Source of the DNA: Candidatus Altimarinota bacterium
GTDB lineage: Bacteria; Patescibacteriota; Gracilibacteria; UBA1369
DNA: 32,000 nucleotides
Assembly: GCA_041659405.1 (NCBI GenBank)
Contig: JBAZYK010000002.1
Coordinates: 1-32,000 of the forward strand
Direction: 5' to 3'
Shown here: positions 1 to 8,252 of the stretch, in pieces
How the letters are laid out: each line of letters opens with the position of its first letter
How positions within the stretch are numbered: position 1 is the stretch's first letter
The notes under the pieces: generated by a model
Databases searched by the model: none
Seen by the model: the letters and a program-made list of their open reading frames with translations, nothing else
Told to the model about the DNA's origin: nothing
Made by a program: the position numbers and the translations under genes

Positions 1-50
1 TCTTTCAACCCATCAGGCAAAAGATCCCATAACAAGTCATGTTCCAACAT
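1..50 (-). CDS. N-terminal fragment of an ORF running off the left edge (MLEHDLLWDLLPDGLK...), possibly a transposase-type N-terminus
   Basis: Reverse complement of 1-50 gives ATG TTG GAA CAT GAC TTG TTA TGG GAT CTT TTG CCT GAT GGG TTG AAA GA, open to the edge. Too short for a firm assignment. Confidence 0.2.
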   Translation of the reverse strand, partial: MLEHDLLWDLLPDGLK

Positions 51-154
51 AGCAATTTCGTTAAATGATAATTGCTATCATTAAAACTTGATTGCGTAAC
101 TTTTTCAAACTAATTATCTACTGATCCGAAGAAAGGTTTGAGCAAGGCTGGAAG

Positions 155-194
155 TTTTCTTTTGACGGGTCTCGTGGGCCCCGACAAAAGAAAA
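155..194. repeat. Inverted repeat TTTTCTTTTGACGGG ... CCCGACAAAAGAAAA (14/15 match, 10-nt loop)
   Basis: Read directly from the sequence; second hairpin downstream of the tRNA, no strong U-tract on the minus strand. Confidence 0.6.
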
Positions 195-236
195 TTGACG
201 CCGGCGAAAACCTTTCGAAGCGAATACAATACAGGG

Positions 237-278
237 AAAAAGAGCACACGAGAGAAAACCGTTAGGTTTTCTTTCGTG
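237..278 (-). terminator. Intrinsic terminator downstream of tRNA-Leu
   Basis: Minus strand: CACGAAAGAAAACC-TAAC-GGTTTTCTCTCGTG (13/14 bp stem), then TGCTCTTTTT; begins about 7 nt after the tRNA 3' end. Confidence 0.75.
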
Positions 279-284
279 ATTACA

Positions 285-371
285 TGGTGGGCGGGGAGAG
301 ACTTGAACTCTCACTCCATTGCTGGAATGCGATTTTGAGTCGCACGCGTCTGCCAGTTCCGCCACTCGCCC
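285..371 (-). tRNA. tRNA-Leu (anticodon CAA)
   Basis: Minus strand GGGCGAGTGGCGGAACTGGCAGACGCGTGCGACTCAAAATCGCATTCCAGCAATGGAGTGAGAGTTCAAGTCTCTCCCCGCCCACCA: class II variable arm, anticodon loop CTCAAAA, T arm GAGAG-TTCAAGT-CTCTC, encoded CCA; one A-C mismatch in the acceptor stem. Confidence 0.93.
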
Positions 372-479
372 AACCAAAAAACGACCTTTTTTGCAAGGAA
401 TATACTAAAGATAAGAACTATCTAAGTCAACCCCGAAAGCTCTAAATTTATTTTACAGTGAAATTAATTTAAAAACGTG

Positions 480-485
480 TATAAT
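480..485 (+). promoter_or_regulatory. Perfect -10 box TATAAT 6 nt before the obgE ATG (possible leaderless mRNA)
   Basis: GTG-TATAAT-AGGCGC-ATG at 477-494; no clear -35. Confidence 0.55.
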
Positions 486-491
486 AGGCGC

Positions 492-1841
492 ATGAGCATT
501 TTTTGTGACCTAACAATTGTGGAATTTATCGCCGGCCGAGGCGGAGACGGATCGGTTCATTTTCGTCGTGAAAAATATATCGACAGGGGCGGTCCCGACG
601 GCGGTGATGCAGGCCATGGTGGAAACATAATTCTGGTTTCCGACCCTAACATGAACACACTTAGCGACTTTAATACTAAAAAGTTATATAAAGCCGAAGA
701 TGGTGGTAATGGACAAAAAAAGAACATGCACGGCAAAGATGGCGACGATTTAACTTTAAAGGTACCTGCCGGCACGATTATTAAGAATGAAATAACTAAA
801 GAAATTATCGCGGATTTAAATAAGCCGGGAAGCTCATTCACAGTAGCTAAAGGAGGAAAAGGTGGTTTGGGTAACACTCATTTTAAGAGTAGCGTACACA
901 AAACTCCGGAATTTGCCGAAAACGGGGAAGCAGGTGAAGCAAAAAAGGTAGTCATTGAATTAAAATTGGTTGCCGATGTCGGAATTATTGGATTTCCTTC
1001 TGCGGGAAAATCGACACTGATCTCCAGAATATCAAAGGCAAAGCCAAAAATCGCCGCATATCCTTTTACAACTCTTATTCCAAATCTTGGAGTTGTAGAG
1101 ATGAGCCAGTTTGATAAGAAATCAAAAGATTCGTTTGTGGTTGCGGATATTCCGGGTCTAATTGAAGGTGCACACGAAGGAAAAGGCCTTGGCCATGAGT
1201 TTTTAAGACACGTTTCCCGCGCTGAAATTCTTGTTCATTTGATTGATCCAACCAGAGAAAATGTTAAAGAAGATTTCAAAATTATTAATCATGAACTTAA
1301 AGAGCATGATGAGAATTTGGCCAAGAAAGAACAAATAGTGGTTATCAATAAAGTTGATGCTGTTGATGAAGAAACGATCGAAAAAGATTTAAAATCATTA
1401 GTAAAAGCTTATCCAAAACTTAAAGGGAAGATCTTAAAAATCTCCGCCTTAACCGGAGAAGGACTTAAAGAATTGGCTTTTGTGATGCAAAAAGCCATTG
1501 GCGAAATGAGAAAAGAAAAGACTAAAACAGTTGCAGCACAGGAAAAACAACTGGAAAAGTCCGAAAAGGTTTTTAGACCTGATCTTGAAAAGAAAAAATT
1601 CATGACAGTATATCGTCGTGAAAAACTTGAAGCTTCAACCAAAAAGATGCGTAAAATATTTGATGTTGAAGGCGAGCGCATTGAACAGGTTGTAAAAATG
1701 ACCGACGTGGAGAATCCTGAAGGCCTGGAGCGCATTTTTCACTTTCTTAATAAGATGGGAATCAATCATTCTCTTAGAAAACAGGGAGCTCAACCCGGAG
1801 ATAAAATCCGCATTGCCGGAAAAACTTTCAGAATGCGCTAA
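492..1841 (+). CDS. obgE: GTPase Obg/CgtA
   Basis: Obg fold (FCDLTIVEFIAGRGGDGSVHFRREKYIDRGGPDGGDAGHGG), G1 GFPSAGKSTL, G3 DIPGLIEGAHEGKGLGHEFLRH, NKVD, and a C-terminal OCT-like domain. Start 492 (MSIFCD) preferred over GTG 477. Confidence 0.96.
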   Translation: MSIFCDLTIVEFIAGRGGDGSVHFRREKYIDRGGPDGGDAGHGGNIILVSDPNMNTLSDFNTKKLYKAEDGGNGQKKNMHGKDGDDLTLKVPAGTIIKNEITKEIIADLNKPGSSFTVAKGGKGGLGNTHFKSSVHKTPEFAENGEAGEAKKVVIELKLVADVGIIGFPSAGKSTLISRISKAKPKIAAYPFTTLIPNLGVVEMSQFDKKSKDSFVVADIPGLIEGAHEGKGLGHEFLRHVSRAEILVHLIDPTRENVKEDFKIINHELKEHDENLAKKEQIVVINKVDAVDEETIEKDLKSLVKAYPKLKGKILKISALTGEGLKELAFVMQKAIGEMRKEKTKTVAAQEKQLEKSEKVFRPDLEKKKFMTVYRREKLEASTKKMRKIFDVEGERIEQVVKMTDVENPEGLERIFHFLNKMGINHSLRKQGAQPGDKIRIAGKTFRMR

Positions 1842-1868
1842 TCAAAATGAGTTAACTTGTAAATTCGC

Positions 1869-2468
1869 ATGAAACTTATTATTGGTCTTGGAAATCCGGG
1901 CAAAGAATACGAGAACACACGCCACAATGCCGGGTTTATTTTGCTTGATTACGTACAGGAAAAATTAGGTTTTGAGAATTTTCATGAAGAAAAGAAATTC
2001 AAAGCTCTTGTTAGTATTGGCGAATTAAACGACGAGAAAGCCATTTTGGCAAAACCTCTTACTTTCATGAACCTTTCCGGTGAAGCTGTGCAGAAAATCA
2101 TGCAATTTTATAAAATTCCACTATCTGACATAATAATCGTTTATGATGATGTGGATTTACCGCTTGGAACAATCAGAATTCGTAAAAACGGCAGCCCCGG
2201 TACGCACAATGGCATGAAGTCGATTGTACAGACTATTGGAGACAATTTCCCCAGAATTCGCATAGGAATAGAGAGCAGGGGAGAAACAGCTCCGGAAAAA
2301 CAAGAAACTGTGTCCTTTGTTTTGGAACAATTCAAAAAAGAAGAACAGCTGGTCCTGGAAAAAGAGCTAAAAAAAGTCCTTGAAGCAATAAAAATGATTT
2401 TCACAGAAGGGCTGGAGAAAGCCATGAACACCTACAACCCAGGGCCAAACAAGGTTCTGGAGGCCTAA
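1869..2468 (+). CDS. pth: Peptidyl-tRNA hydrolase
   Basis: MKLIIGLGNPGKEYENTRHNAGF, FMNLSG, YDDVDLPLGTIRIRKNGSPGTHNGMKSI motifs. Confidence 0.96.
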   Translation: MKLIIGLGNPGKEYENTRHNAGFILLDYVQEKLGFENFHEEKKFKALVSIGELNDEKAILAKPLTFMNLSGEAVQKIMQFYKIPLSDIIIVYDDVDLPLGTIRIRKNGSPGTHNGMKSIVQTIGDNFPRIRIGIESRGETAPEKQETVSFVLEQFKKEEQLVLEKELKKVLEAIKMIFTEGLEKAMNTYNPGPNKVLEA

Positions 2469-2483
2469 ATTTAAAAACAATAC

Positions 2484-2512
2484 TTGCTTTTTATTGAAAT
2501 TTTCAGTAAATT
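2484..2512 (+). promoter_or_regulatory. Candidate sigma70-type promoter for rplU (TTGCTT-17-TAAATT)
   Basis: -35 TTGCTT 2484-2489, 17-nt spacer, -10 TAAATT 2507-2512, 27 nt before the ATG. Confidence 0.5.
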
Positions 2513-2539
2513 TACCCTCGCACATTTACCAAAAAACTT

Positions 2540-2857
2540 ATGTTTGCTGTTGTAGAAATCGGAGGACGACAATACAAAGTCACTCCAAACGAAAAAATAG
2601 AAGTAGAAAAGCTTCCAAATGAAGCAGGTGAAAGCCTGGTTTTTGATAAGGTTCTCCTTATTTCCGATGAAAAAGGACAAGATGCCCAAATCGGCAAACC
2701 ATATCTTAAAGGCGCAAAGGTAGAAGCCAAAGTCGTTGAAAATTTCAAGGGCGATAAAATTATCGTTCACAAATTTATCGCAAAAAAGCGTTATTCAAAG
2801 ACAAAGGGCCACAGACAAAATTACACACGTCTGGAAATCCTGGAAATCAAGGCTTAA
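2540..2857 (+). CDS. rplU: 50S ribosomal protein L21
   Basis: MFAVVEIGGRQYKVTPNEKIEVEKL...KRYSKTKGHRQNYTRLEILEI. Confidence 0.96.
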   Translation: MFAVVEIGGRQYKVTPNEKIEVEKLPNEAGESLVFDKVLLISDEKGQDAQIGKPYLKGAKVEAKVVENFKGDKIIVHKFIAKKRYSKTKGHRQNYTRLEILEIKA

Positions 2858-2866
2858 TACCCTTTT

Positions 2867-3844
2867 CTAAACCTTATAGGTTTCGATACCAGTCAGAACA
2901 TTCATCAGATCATTCGAAAGGGTTGCTTCAAAAGCAACTCTTTTTTGTTGACCGGGAAGCGTGAAATCTATTTCCTGGGCATGTAAAAACTGACGCTCCA
3001 ACTGAAATTTTTCCTTAAAAAGAACATTCACTTTTTCTCTTCCATATAAAACATCTCCAACCAATGGGAAACCAATACTCGTAAAATGAACACGAATTTG
3101 GTGAGTTCTTCCGGTAATCAGCCCAACTTTCACTAAAGTATAATGTGGAGCAACAGAAAAAGGAGTCTTGTAATAGCTCAAAACCTCATAATTGGTAAGA
3201 GCCTTTTTGCCATGCGACAATGGAACAACCGCCATCTTCTTCCTATTAGCAGAGCTGCGACCAATCGGAGCCTCAATAGAACCCTTCTTAGGCTCTAAAT
3301 GTCCCACCAACAGCGCAACGTACGTTTTCTTGATCTCATGGTTTTTAAGCTGCAAAGCAAGGTCACTGTGAGCCTGGTCATTTTTAGCCACCAAAATCGC
3401 TCCGGAAGTATCTTTATCGAGTCTATGAACAATTCCCGGCCTTTGAACACCACCAATGCCACTTAAGTTGCCTTTGCAATGGTATAAAACAGCATTAACA
3501 AGACTATCTTCCGCATGGGTATCACCAACGCCCGGATGAACCACCAGCCCCGGCTGCTTATTAATGACCAAAAGATCTTTATTTTCAAAAATAATATCCA
3601 GTGGAATATCCTTTTCTTTCAGGTCCAAAGCCTTCGCCTCGGGAACAGTAAGCTCAACTTTTTCACCAAGCTTAAGCAGCGTGCGTGGCTTAGCTTTTTT
3701 ATTGTTAATCAAAATCTGCTCTTCTTTAAGCAATTTTTGAAGATATTGTCTTGTGAATTTCGGAAAACGCTTCACGAGTACCCGGTCTAAACGCAAATTC
3801 AAATCTTCCTCCTGCGCCGTAAATGATAGTTTTTGTGGTTTCAT
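2867..3844 (-). CDS. Ribosomal large subunit pseudouridine synthase, RluA/RluD family
   Basis: S4-like N-terminus (LRLDRVLVKRFPKFTRQYLQKLL), VHPGVG, GIVHRLDKDTSGAILVAK, LITGRTHQIRVHFTSIGFPLVGDVLYG. Internal start MKPQKLSF preferred over 3967. Confidence 0.92.
   Translation of the reverse strand: MKPQKLSFTAQEEDLNLRLDRVLVKRFPKFTRQYLQKLLKEEQILINNKKAKPRTLLKLGEKVELTVPEAKALDLKEKDIPLDIIFENKDLLVINKQPGLVVHPGVGDTHAEDSLVNAVLYHCKGNLSGIGGVQRPGIVHRLDKDTSGAILVAKNDQAHSDLALQLKNHEIKKTYVALLVGHLEPKKGSIEAPIGRSSANRKKMAVVPLSHGKKALTNYEVLSYYKTPFSVAPHYTLVKVGLITGRTHQIRVHFTSIGFPLVGDVLYGREKVNVLFKEKFQLERQFLHAQEIDFTLPGQQKRVAFEATLSNDLMNVLTGIETYKV
2920..2946 (+). terminator. Intrinsic terminator downstream of rplU, embedded in the 3' end of the convergent pseudouridine synthase gene
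   Basis: GGGTTGCTT-CAA-AAGCAACTC followed by TTTTTT. Confidence 0.75.
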
Positions 3845-3852
3845 TCCGCGCC

Positions 3853-3858
3853 ATTCTA
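3853..3858 (-). promoter_or_regulatory. Extended -10 box TGC-TAGAAT 8 nt before the preferred start of the pseudouridine synthase gene
   Basis: Minus strand TTTTTGCTAGAATGGCGCGGAATG. Confidence 0.45.
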
Positions 3859-4006
3859 GCAAAAATACGCGGAATACGCACACAAAAACAAAACATTGCA
3901 AAATTCCTTTAGCAGACGGGCTTAATTCCCAAGCATAAAAATCAAATTTCATTGTGTTGAAAGCCAAATAAGCCTAAGATGGAAACGATTTTTCTTTTTC
4001 AAAAAA

Positions 4007-5206
4007 ATGCCCAAATCAGATTTACAAAAAATTCATCACCTCTTAAATCACGGAACAGTTGAAGTAGTAGTCAAAGCGGAACTGGAAAAAAAACTGCTTT
4101 CCGGTAAAAAACTAAATATCAAATTGGGAATAGATCCAACCGGAGCCGACCTTCACCTTGGTCACATGGTGGTAGTTCGCAAATTAAAAGTATTTCAAGA
4201 ATTAGGCCATAATATTATTTTACTTTTTGGAAATTTTACCGGCCAAATTGGCGATCCAACCGATAAAAAAGAAACCAGAAAAGCAAAATCACAAGAAGAT
4301 CTGGAGAAAAATGCCCAGCATTATCTTGATCAGGTCAAAAAGCTGATCGACATCAGCAAAATTAAGATTGTTTGGAATGCCGATTGGCTTTCAAAATTAA
4401 ATTTTAGCGATGTTGTTCAGCTAGCCTCCAATTTTACGGTAGCTCAAATGCTGGAAAGAGACATGTTCCAGGAAAGAATTAAAAACAATGCCCCAATCGC
4501 CATGCATGAATTCTTTTATCCGCTGATGCAGGGTTATGATTCTGTAGCCATTAAAGCTGATGTCGAGCTTGGCGGAACAGATCAAACCTTCAATTTACTT
4601 GCAGGAAGAGTTTTGCAAAAAGCTTACGGCCAGGAACCTCAAAACATTATGACTGTTCCAATTCTTGAAGGATTGGACGGCAAAATTAAAATGGGCAAAT
4701 CAACCGGCAACTATATTGGCGTAAATGAAGAACCAAAAGTAATGTTTGGAAAAATAATGTCCATTCCCGACGAACTGATTATTCGTTACTTTGAACTGAC
4801 GACCGAGGTGAACATCGACCAATTAACTGCAATCAAGGAAAGGCTTACTAAAGGCGAAAATCCACGCAATCTCAAATTGGAATTGGCTAAAGAAATCGTT
4901 ACGGCATATCACAGCGCAGACCTTGCAGAAGGAGCCAAAAAAGAATTTATCGAAATTTTTAGCAACAAAGGCCTTCCAACAGAAATTGAACTTATCAAAA
5001 TTTCAGCAGATGAAATTGGAATAATTGATTTATTGGTTCAGGCCAATCTTTGCCCTTCCAAAAGCGAAGCGCGCAGGTTGATTACCCAGGGTGGAGTAAA
5101 AGTTAACAACGAAAAAGTTACCGACATAAACAATAAAATCGATTTAACTAAAGAATCAATTATCCAGGCCGGCAAAAGGAAATTTATTAAAGTAGTTAAA
5201 GCCTAA
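4007..5206 (+). CDS. tyrS: Tyrosyl-tRNA synthetase
   Basis: KLGIDPTGADLHLGHMVVVRKLKVFQ, GNFTGQIGDPTDKKETR, ELGGTDQTFNLLAGR, KMGKSTGNYIG, C-terminal S4 domain. Confidence 0.95.
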   Translation: MPKSDLQKIHHLLNHGTVEVVVKAELEKKLLSGKKLNIKLGIDPTGADLHLGHMVVVRKLKVFQELGHNIILLFGNFTGQIGDPTDKKETRKAKSQEDLEKNAQHYLDQVKKLIDISKIKIVWNADWLSKLNFSDVVQLASNFTVAQMLERDMFQERIKNNAPIAMHEFFYPLMQGYDSVAIKADVELGGTDQTFNLLAGRVLQKAYGQEPQNIMTVPILEGLDGKIKMGKSTGNYIGVNEEPKVMFGKIMSIPDELIIRYFELTTEVNIDQLTAIKERLTKGENPRNLKLELAKEIVTAYHSADLAEGAKKEFIEIFSNKGLPTEIELIKISADEIGIIDLLVQANLCPSKSEARRLITQGGVKVNNEKVTDINNKIDLTKESIIQAGKRKFIKVVKA

Positions 5207-5210
5207 TACC

Positions 5211-6251
5211 ATGAGCAAACTAAAACTAACCGATGTCATTTCGTTAAGAACTCTGCAGAAAATTCAGGATAGTTTCGCTGATGCCGCCGGAATGCCGGTA
5301 TCATTGCGCGATCTTGATAACGAACTAATCACCAACATCAGCAATAAAACTAATTTATGGAGAGTTATCGAAACAATCCCGGAAATGAAAGCGCTCTGGA
5401 ATGAAAAAAACCTTGAAGCACTTGAAGAAAGCGTCAAAACCGGAGAAGTAATTATTTATGAAAGACATGCTGAAACCTATACATTCGCTGTCCCGGTGAC
5501 CGTTAATGGCAGAAGTTTAGCCTATTTTATTGGAGGTTTAGTCAGATTCGGAAATCCGAATATAGAACTATGCAAAAAAGAAGCTGAATTATTAAGAATA
5601 AGCCTTGATGAATTTTTAGATCTATATTTGCAGGTGCCGTTAATAACCAGAAAAAGACTGGAAGCTGCCGGCTATCTTTTAAAAACAATTGCCAATACCA
5701 TTTCGAACCTGGAAATAGAATCTACTCAGGCAAAAGCCGAAACTAAGGCCATAATTCAAGATCATGAAATGCTTAAAAAGGAAATTGCCCATAAAAATCA
5801 GCTTTTAAATGAGCATAGCGTAAAATATCAAACACTTTTTCATGAGGTTCAGGATGGCATTTTTACGGTAGATATGGAAGGGAAAATACTTGATGTAAAT
5901 CCGGCGGGAGCAGCAATGCTTGGCCATAAAGTAAATGAGACTATTGGGACGTATACCCAAAATTATTACGTCCACCTTGCCGACAAAAAAAAATATTTAG
6001 ATAGTATTACCAGGTTTGAACACATCCAGAATTTTTATCCTGAGTTAAGAATAAAAGGAGGAGGAACGATAATTGTAGAGCTAAGCGCAGTCCTTATGAA
6101 GGACAAAAACGGCAAAAACATTGGAATACAAGGAATATTCCGTGATATAAGCTGTAGGAAACATCAAAAATTGGAAGATAACAGCCAAAACCATGTCACT
6201 GAACAGCAAACTATCAAATCAGCTCAAAACCACCAAGGGGCATCTAAATAA
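5211..6251 (+). CDS. PocR-like sensory domain + PAS domain protein without a recognisable output domain
   Basis: N-terminal PocR-like region (LRTLQKIQDSFADAAGMPVSLRDLDNELIT...YTFAVPVTVNGRSLAYFIGGLVRF), coiled segment, then a PAS domain (YQTLFHEVQDGIFTVDMEGKILDVNPAGAAMLGHK...GIQGIFRDISCRK). Confidence 0.8.
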   Translation: MSKLKLTDVISLRTLQKIQDSFADAAGMPVSLRDLDNELITNISNKTNLWRVIETIPEMKALWNEKNLEALEESVKTGEVIIYERHAETYTFAVPVTVNGRSLAYFIGGLVRFGNPNIELCKKEAELLRISLDEFLDLYLQVPLITRKRLEAAGYLLKTIANTISNLEIESTQAKAETKAIIQDHEMLKKEIAHKNQLLNEHSVKYQTLFHEVQDGIFTVDMEGKILDVNPAGAAMLGHKVNETIGTYTQNYYVHLADKKKYLDSITRFEHIQNFYPELRIKGGGTIIVELSAVLMKDKNGKNIGIQGIFRDISCRKHQKLEDNSQNHVTEQQTIKSAQNHQGASK

Positions 6252-8232
6252 GCTGCAAGGACTCGGTATTGAAACAATTAAAGACCTGCTGTTGTATTTC
6301 CCCAGAGTTTACGAAGATCGCAGTCTTTACACTTCAATTGCTGAACTTAGAACCGACGAAATTAACAATATTAGAGGTACGCTAAGTAACCTGTTTTTTC
6401 GCAAAACAAGAGTTGGTAAATGTCTGATGAAAGGGCGAATAACCGATCAAACGGGCTCAGTCGAAGTCATCTGGTTTAATCAGCCATACCTGCAAAGAAT
6501 CCTTAAAAATGGCCAACAGATAGTCGTTTCCGGAAAAGCAAAATATAACCAAGGCAAATTAAGTCTTTTGGGCCCGTCGTTTGAACCTGTAAAAAAAGAG
6601 CAAACACACGTGGGAATAATCATACCGGTTTATCATGAAACAGAAGGAATTAATTCTAAATGGCTGCGTGAAAAAATAAAGCCACTATTAAAAGAATGGA
6701 AAAGTTTTTTCAGCGAGTATCTGCCGGAGGATATAATCGAAAAATATCAATTAATGAGCTACTCAAATGCAATCGAGATTGTTCATTTTCCCAAAGACGA
6801 AGAAACACTTAATGAAGCCAAGAAACGCCTGAGCTTTGATGAGTTATTTTTACTCCAACTCAAAGCTCTTCAAAAAAAATGGCATTGGCAAAATATTGCC
6901 GAGCACGAAAAAAAGCAGATAGAGAAGGATCCGGTAATTGCTGATTTCATCAAGAATTTGCCTTATGAATTAACCAACGCCCAAGTACGAAGTTTGGAAG
7001 AAATCCTCTTCGATCTTCAAAAGCCATATCCAATGTCCAGGCTCTTGCAAGGGGATGTAGGCTCGGGAAAAACCGTTATAGCAGCCATTGCCGCACTTAA
7101 TGTTTTAAAAGCCGGCTTCCAGGTTGCAATCATGGCTCCAACCGAAATCCTGGCCAAACAACATTATCTGACAATTTATAAATTTCTAAAAAATCTAAAT
7201 TTTAATATTCAATTCATTGCAGGGAGTACACCGGACGGAATCAAAGAAGAAATAACTCAGAATTTGGCGTTAGGTACAATCGACATAGTCATTGGCACAC
7301 ATTCGTTAATACAGGAAAATATTCGTTTCAAAAAGCTGGGTTTAGCTGTAATTGATGAGCAGCATCGCTTTGGCGTAAAACAGAGAGAAATTCTAAAAAA
7401 TCACAACAGTCCACATCTTTTAAGTCTTTCCGCCACACCAATTCCACGAACCCTGGCCATGACCATTTATGGGGATCAGGATCTTTCAATCATTGACGAA
7501 ATGCCAAAAGGAAGGCAAGAAATCATCACCCGCATCGTTCCGGAAAATAAGCGCATGGACGCCTATCGCTGGATAGAAGATCAAGTTAAGAAGGGACGTC
7601 AGGCTTTTATTATTTGTCCATTAATTGATGAATCTGATGTACTTGAGGTTAAATCGGCTATCCAGGAATTTGAATATTTAAAAGAAGCAGTTTTTCCACA
7701 ACTTAAAATGGGATTGCTCCACGGAAAAATGAAACCAAAAGACAAAGAAGAAATCATGAATTTATTTTCCTTAAACAAAATTAATATTTTGGTTTCTACT
7801 TCGGTTATTGAAGTTGGAATCGATGTTCCCAATGCCAGCATTATGGTTATAGAAGGCTCTGAACGTTTTGGGTTGTCACAATTACATCAATTTAGAGGAA
7901 GAGTAGGTCGTGGAAACCATCAATCATACTGTTTTCTTTTCACTAAAAGCAGATCGGAAAATGGGGGAAACAGACTACAGGCAATGGTTAAACACACCAG
8001 CGGTTTTAAATTGGCCGAAATTGATTTAAGTTTAAGAGGGCCGGGCGAAATTTATGGCGTAAAACAAAGCGGCATTCCTGACCTAAAAATGGCCTCACTC
8101 AGCGATTCTGCAACCATTTACATTGCCCGTGAAGCTGCGCAAAATATAATTGATAAAGATCCTCAATTAAAAAACTATCCAAAACTAAAGGAAAAACTGG
8201 ATAAACTCCAGGAAGTTTTTGTGAACGATTAA
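6193..8232 (+). CDS. recG: ATP-dependent DNA helicase RecG
   Basis: GIETIKDLLLYFPRVYEDRS, LLQGDVGSGKTVIAAIAALN, APTEILAKQHY, VIDEQHRFGVKQR, SATPIPRTLAMTIYGDQDLSIIDEMPKGR, QFRGRVGRG. Confidence 0.95.
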   Translation: MSLNSKLSNQLKTTKGHLNKLQGLGIETIKDLLLYFPRVYEDRSLYTSIAELRTDEINNIRGTLSNLFFRKTRVGKCLMKGRITDQTGSVEVIWFNQPYLQRILKNGQQIVVSGKAKYNQGKLSLLGPSFEPVKKEQTHVGIIIPVYHETEGINSKWLREKIKPLLKEWKSFFSEYLPEDIIEKYQLMSYSNAIEIVHFPKDEETLNEAKKRLSFDELFLLQLKALQKKWHWQNIAEHEKKQIEKDPVIADFIKNLPYELTNAQVRSLEEILFDLQKPYPMSRLLQGDVGSGKTVIAAIAALNVLKAGFQVAIMAPTEILAKQHYLTIYKFLKNLNFNIQFIAGSTPDGIKEEITQNLALGTIDIVIGTHSLIQENIRFKKLGLAVIDEQHRFGVKQREILKNHNSPHLLSLSATPIPRTLAMTIYGDQDLSIIDEMPKGRQEIITRIVPENKRMDAYRWIEDQVKKGRQAFIICPLIDESDVLEVKSAIQEFEYLKEAVFPQLKMGLLHGKMKPKDKEEIMNLFSLNKINILVSTSVIEVGIDVPNASIMVIEGSERFGLSQLHQFRGRVGRGNHQSYCFLFTKSRSENGGNRLQAMVKHTSGFKLAEIDLSLRGPGEIYGVKQSGIPDLKMASLSDSATIYIAREAAQNIIDKDPQLKNYPKLKEKLDKLQEVFVND

Positions 8233-8252
8233 GTCTTCAATTAAAGCATTTC

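Noticed and set aside
114-377. ORFs 114-377 (-) and 138-338 (+) as protein genes.
   Set aside because: They overlap the tRNA-Leu gene and its terminator hairpins; sequence is explained by RNA features.
557-877. Track ORFs antisense to obgE and others (557-877, 1409-1735, 2141-2431, 16329-17003, 24621-24833 and similar).
   Set aside because: Opposite-strand or out-of-frame shadows of strongly supported genes, with no recognisable domain.
2471-2770. ORFs 2471-2770 and 2512-2748 on the minus strand.
   Set aside because: Antisense to rplU and its promoter; no protein-family resemblance.
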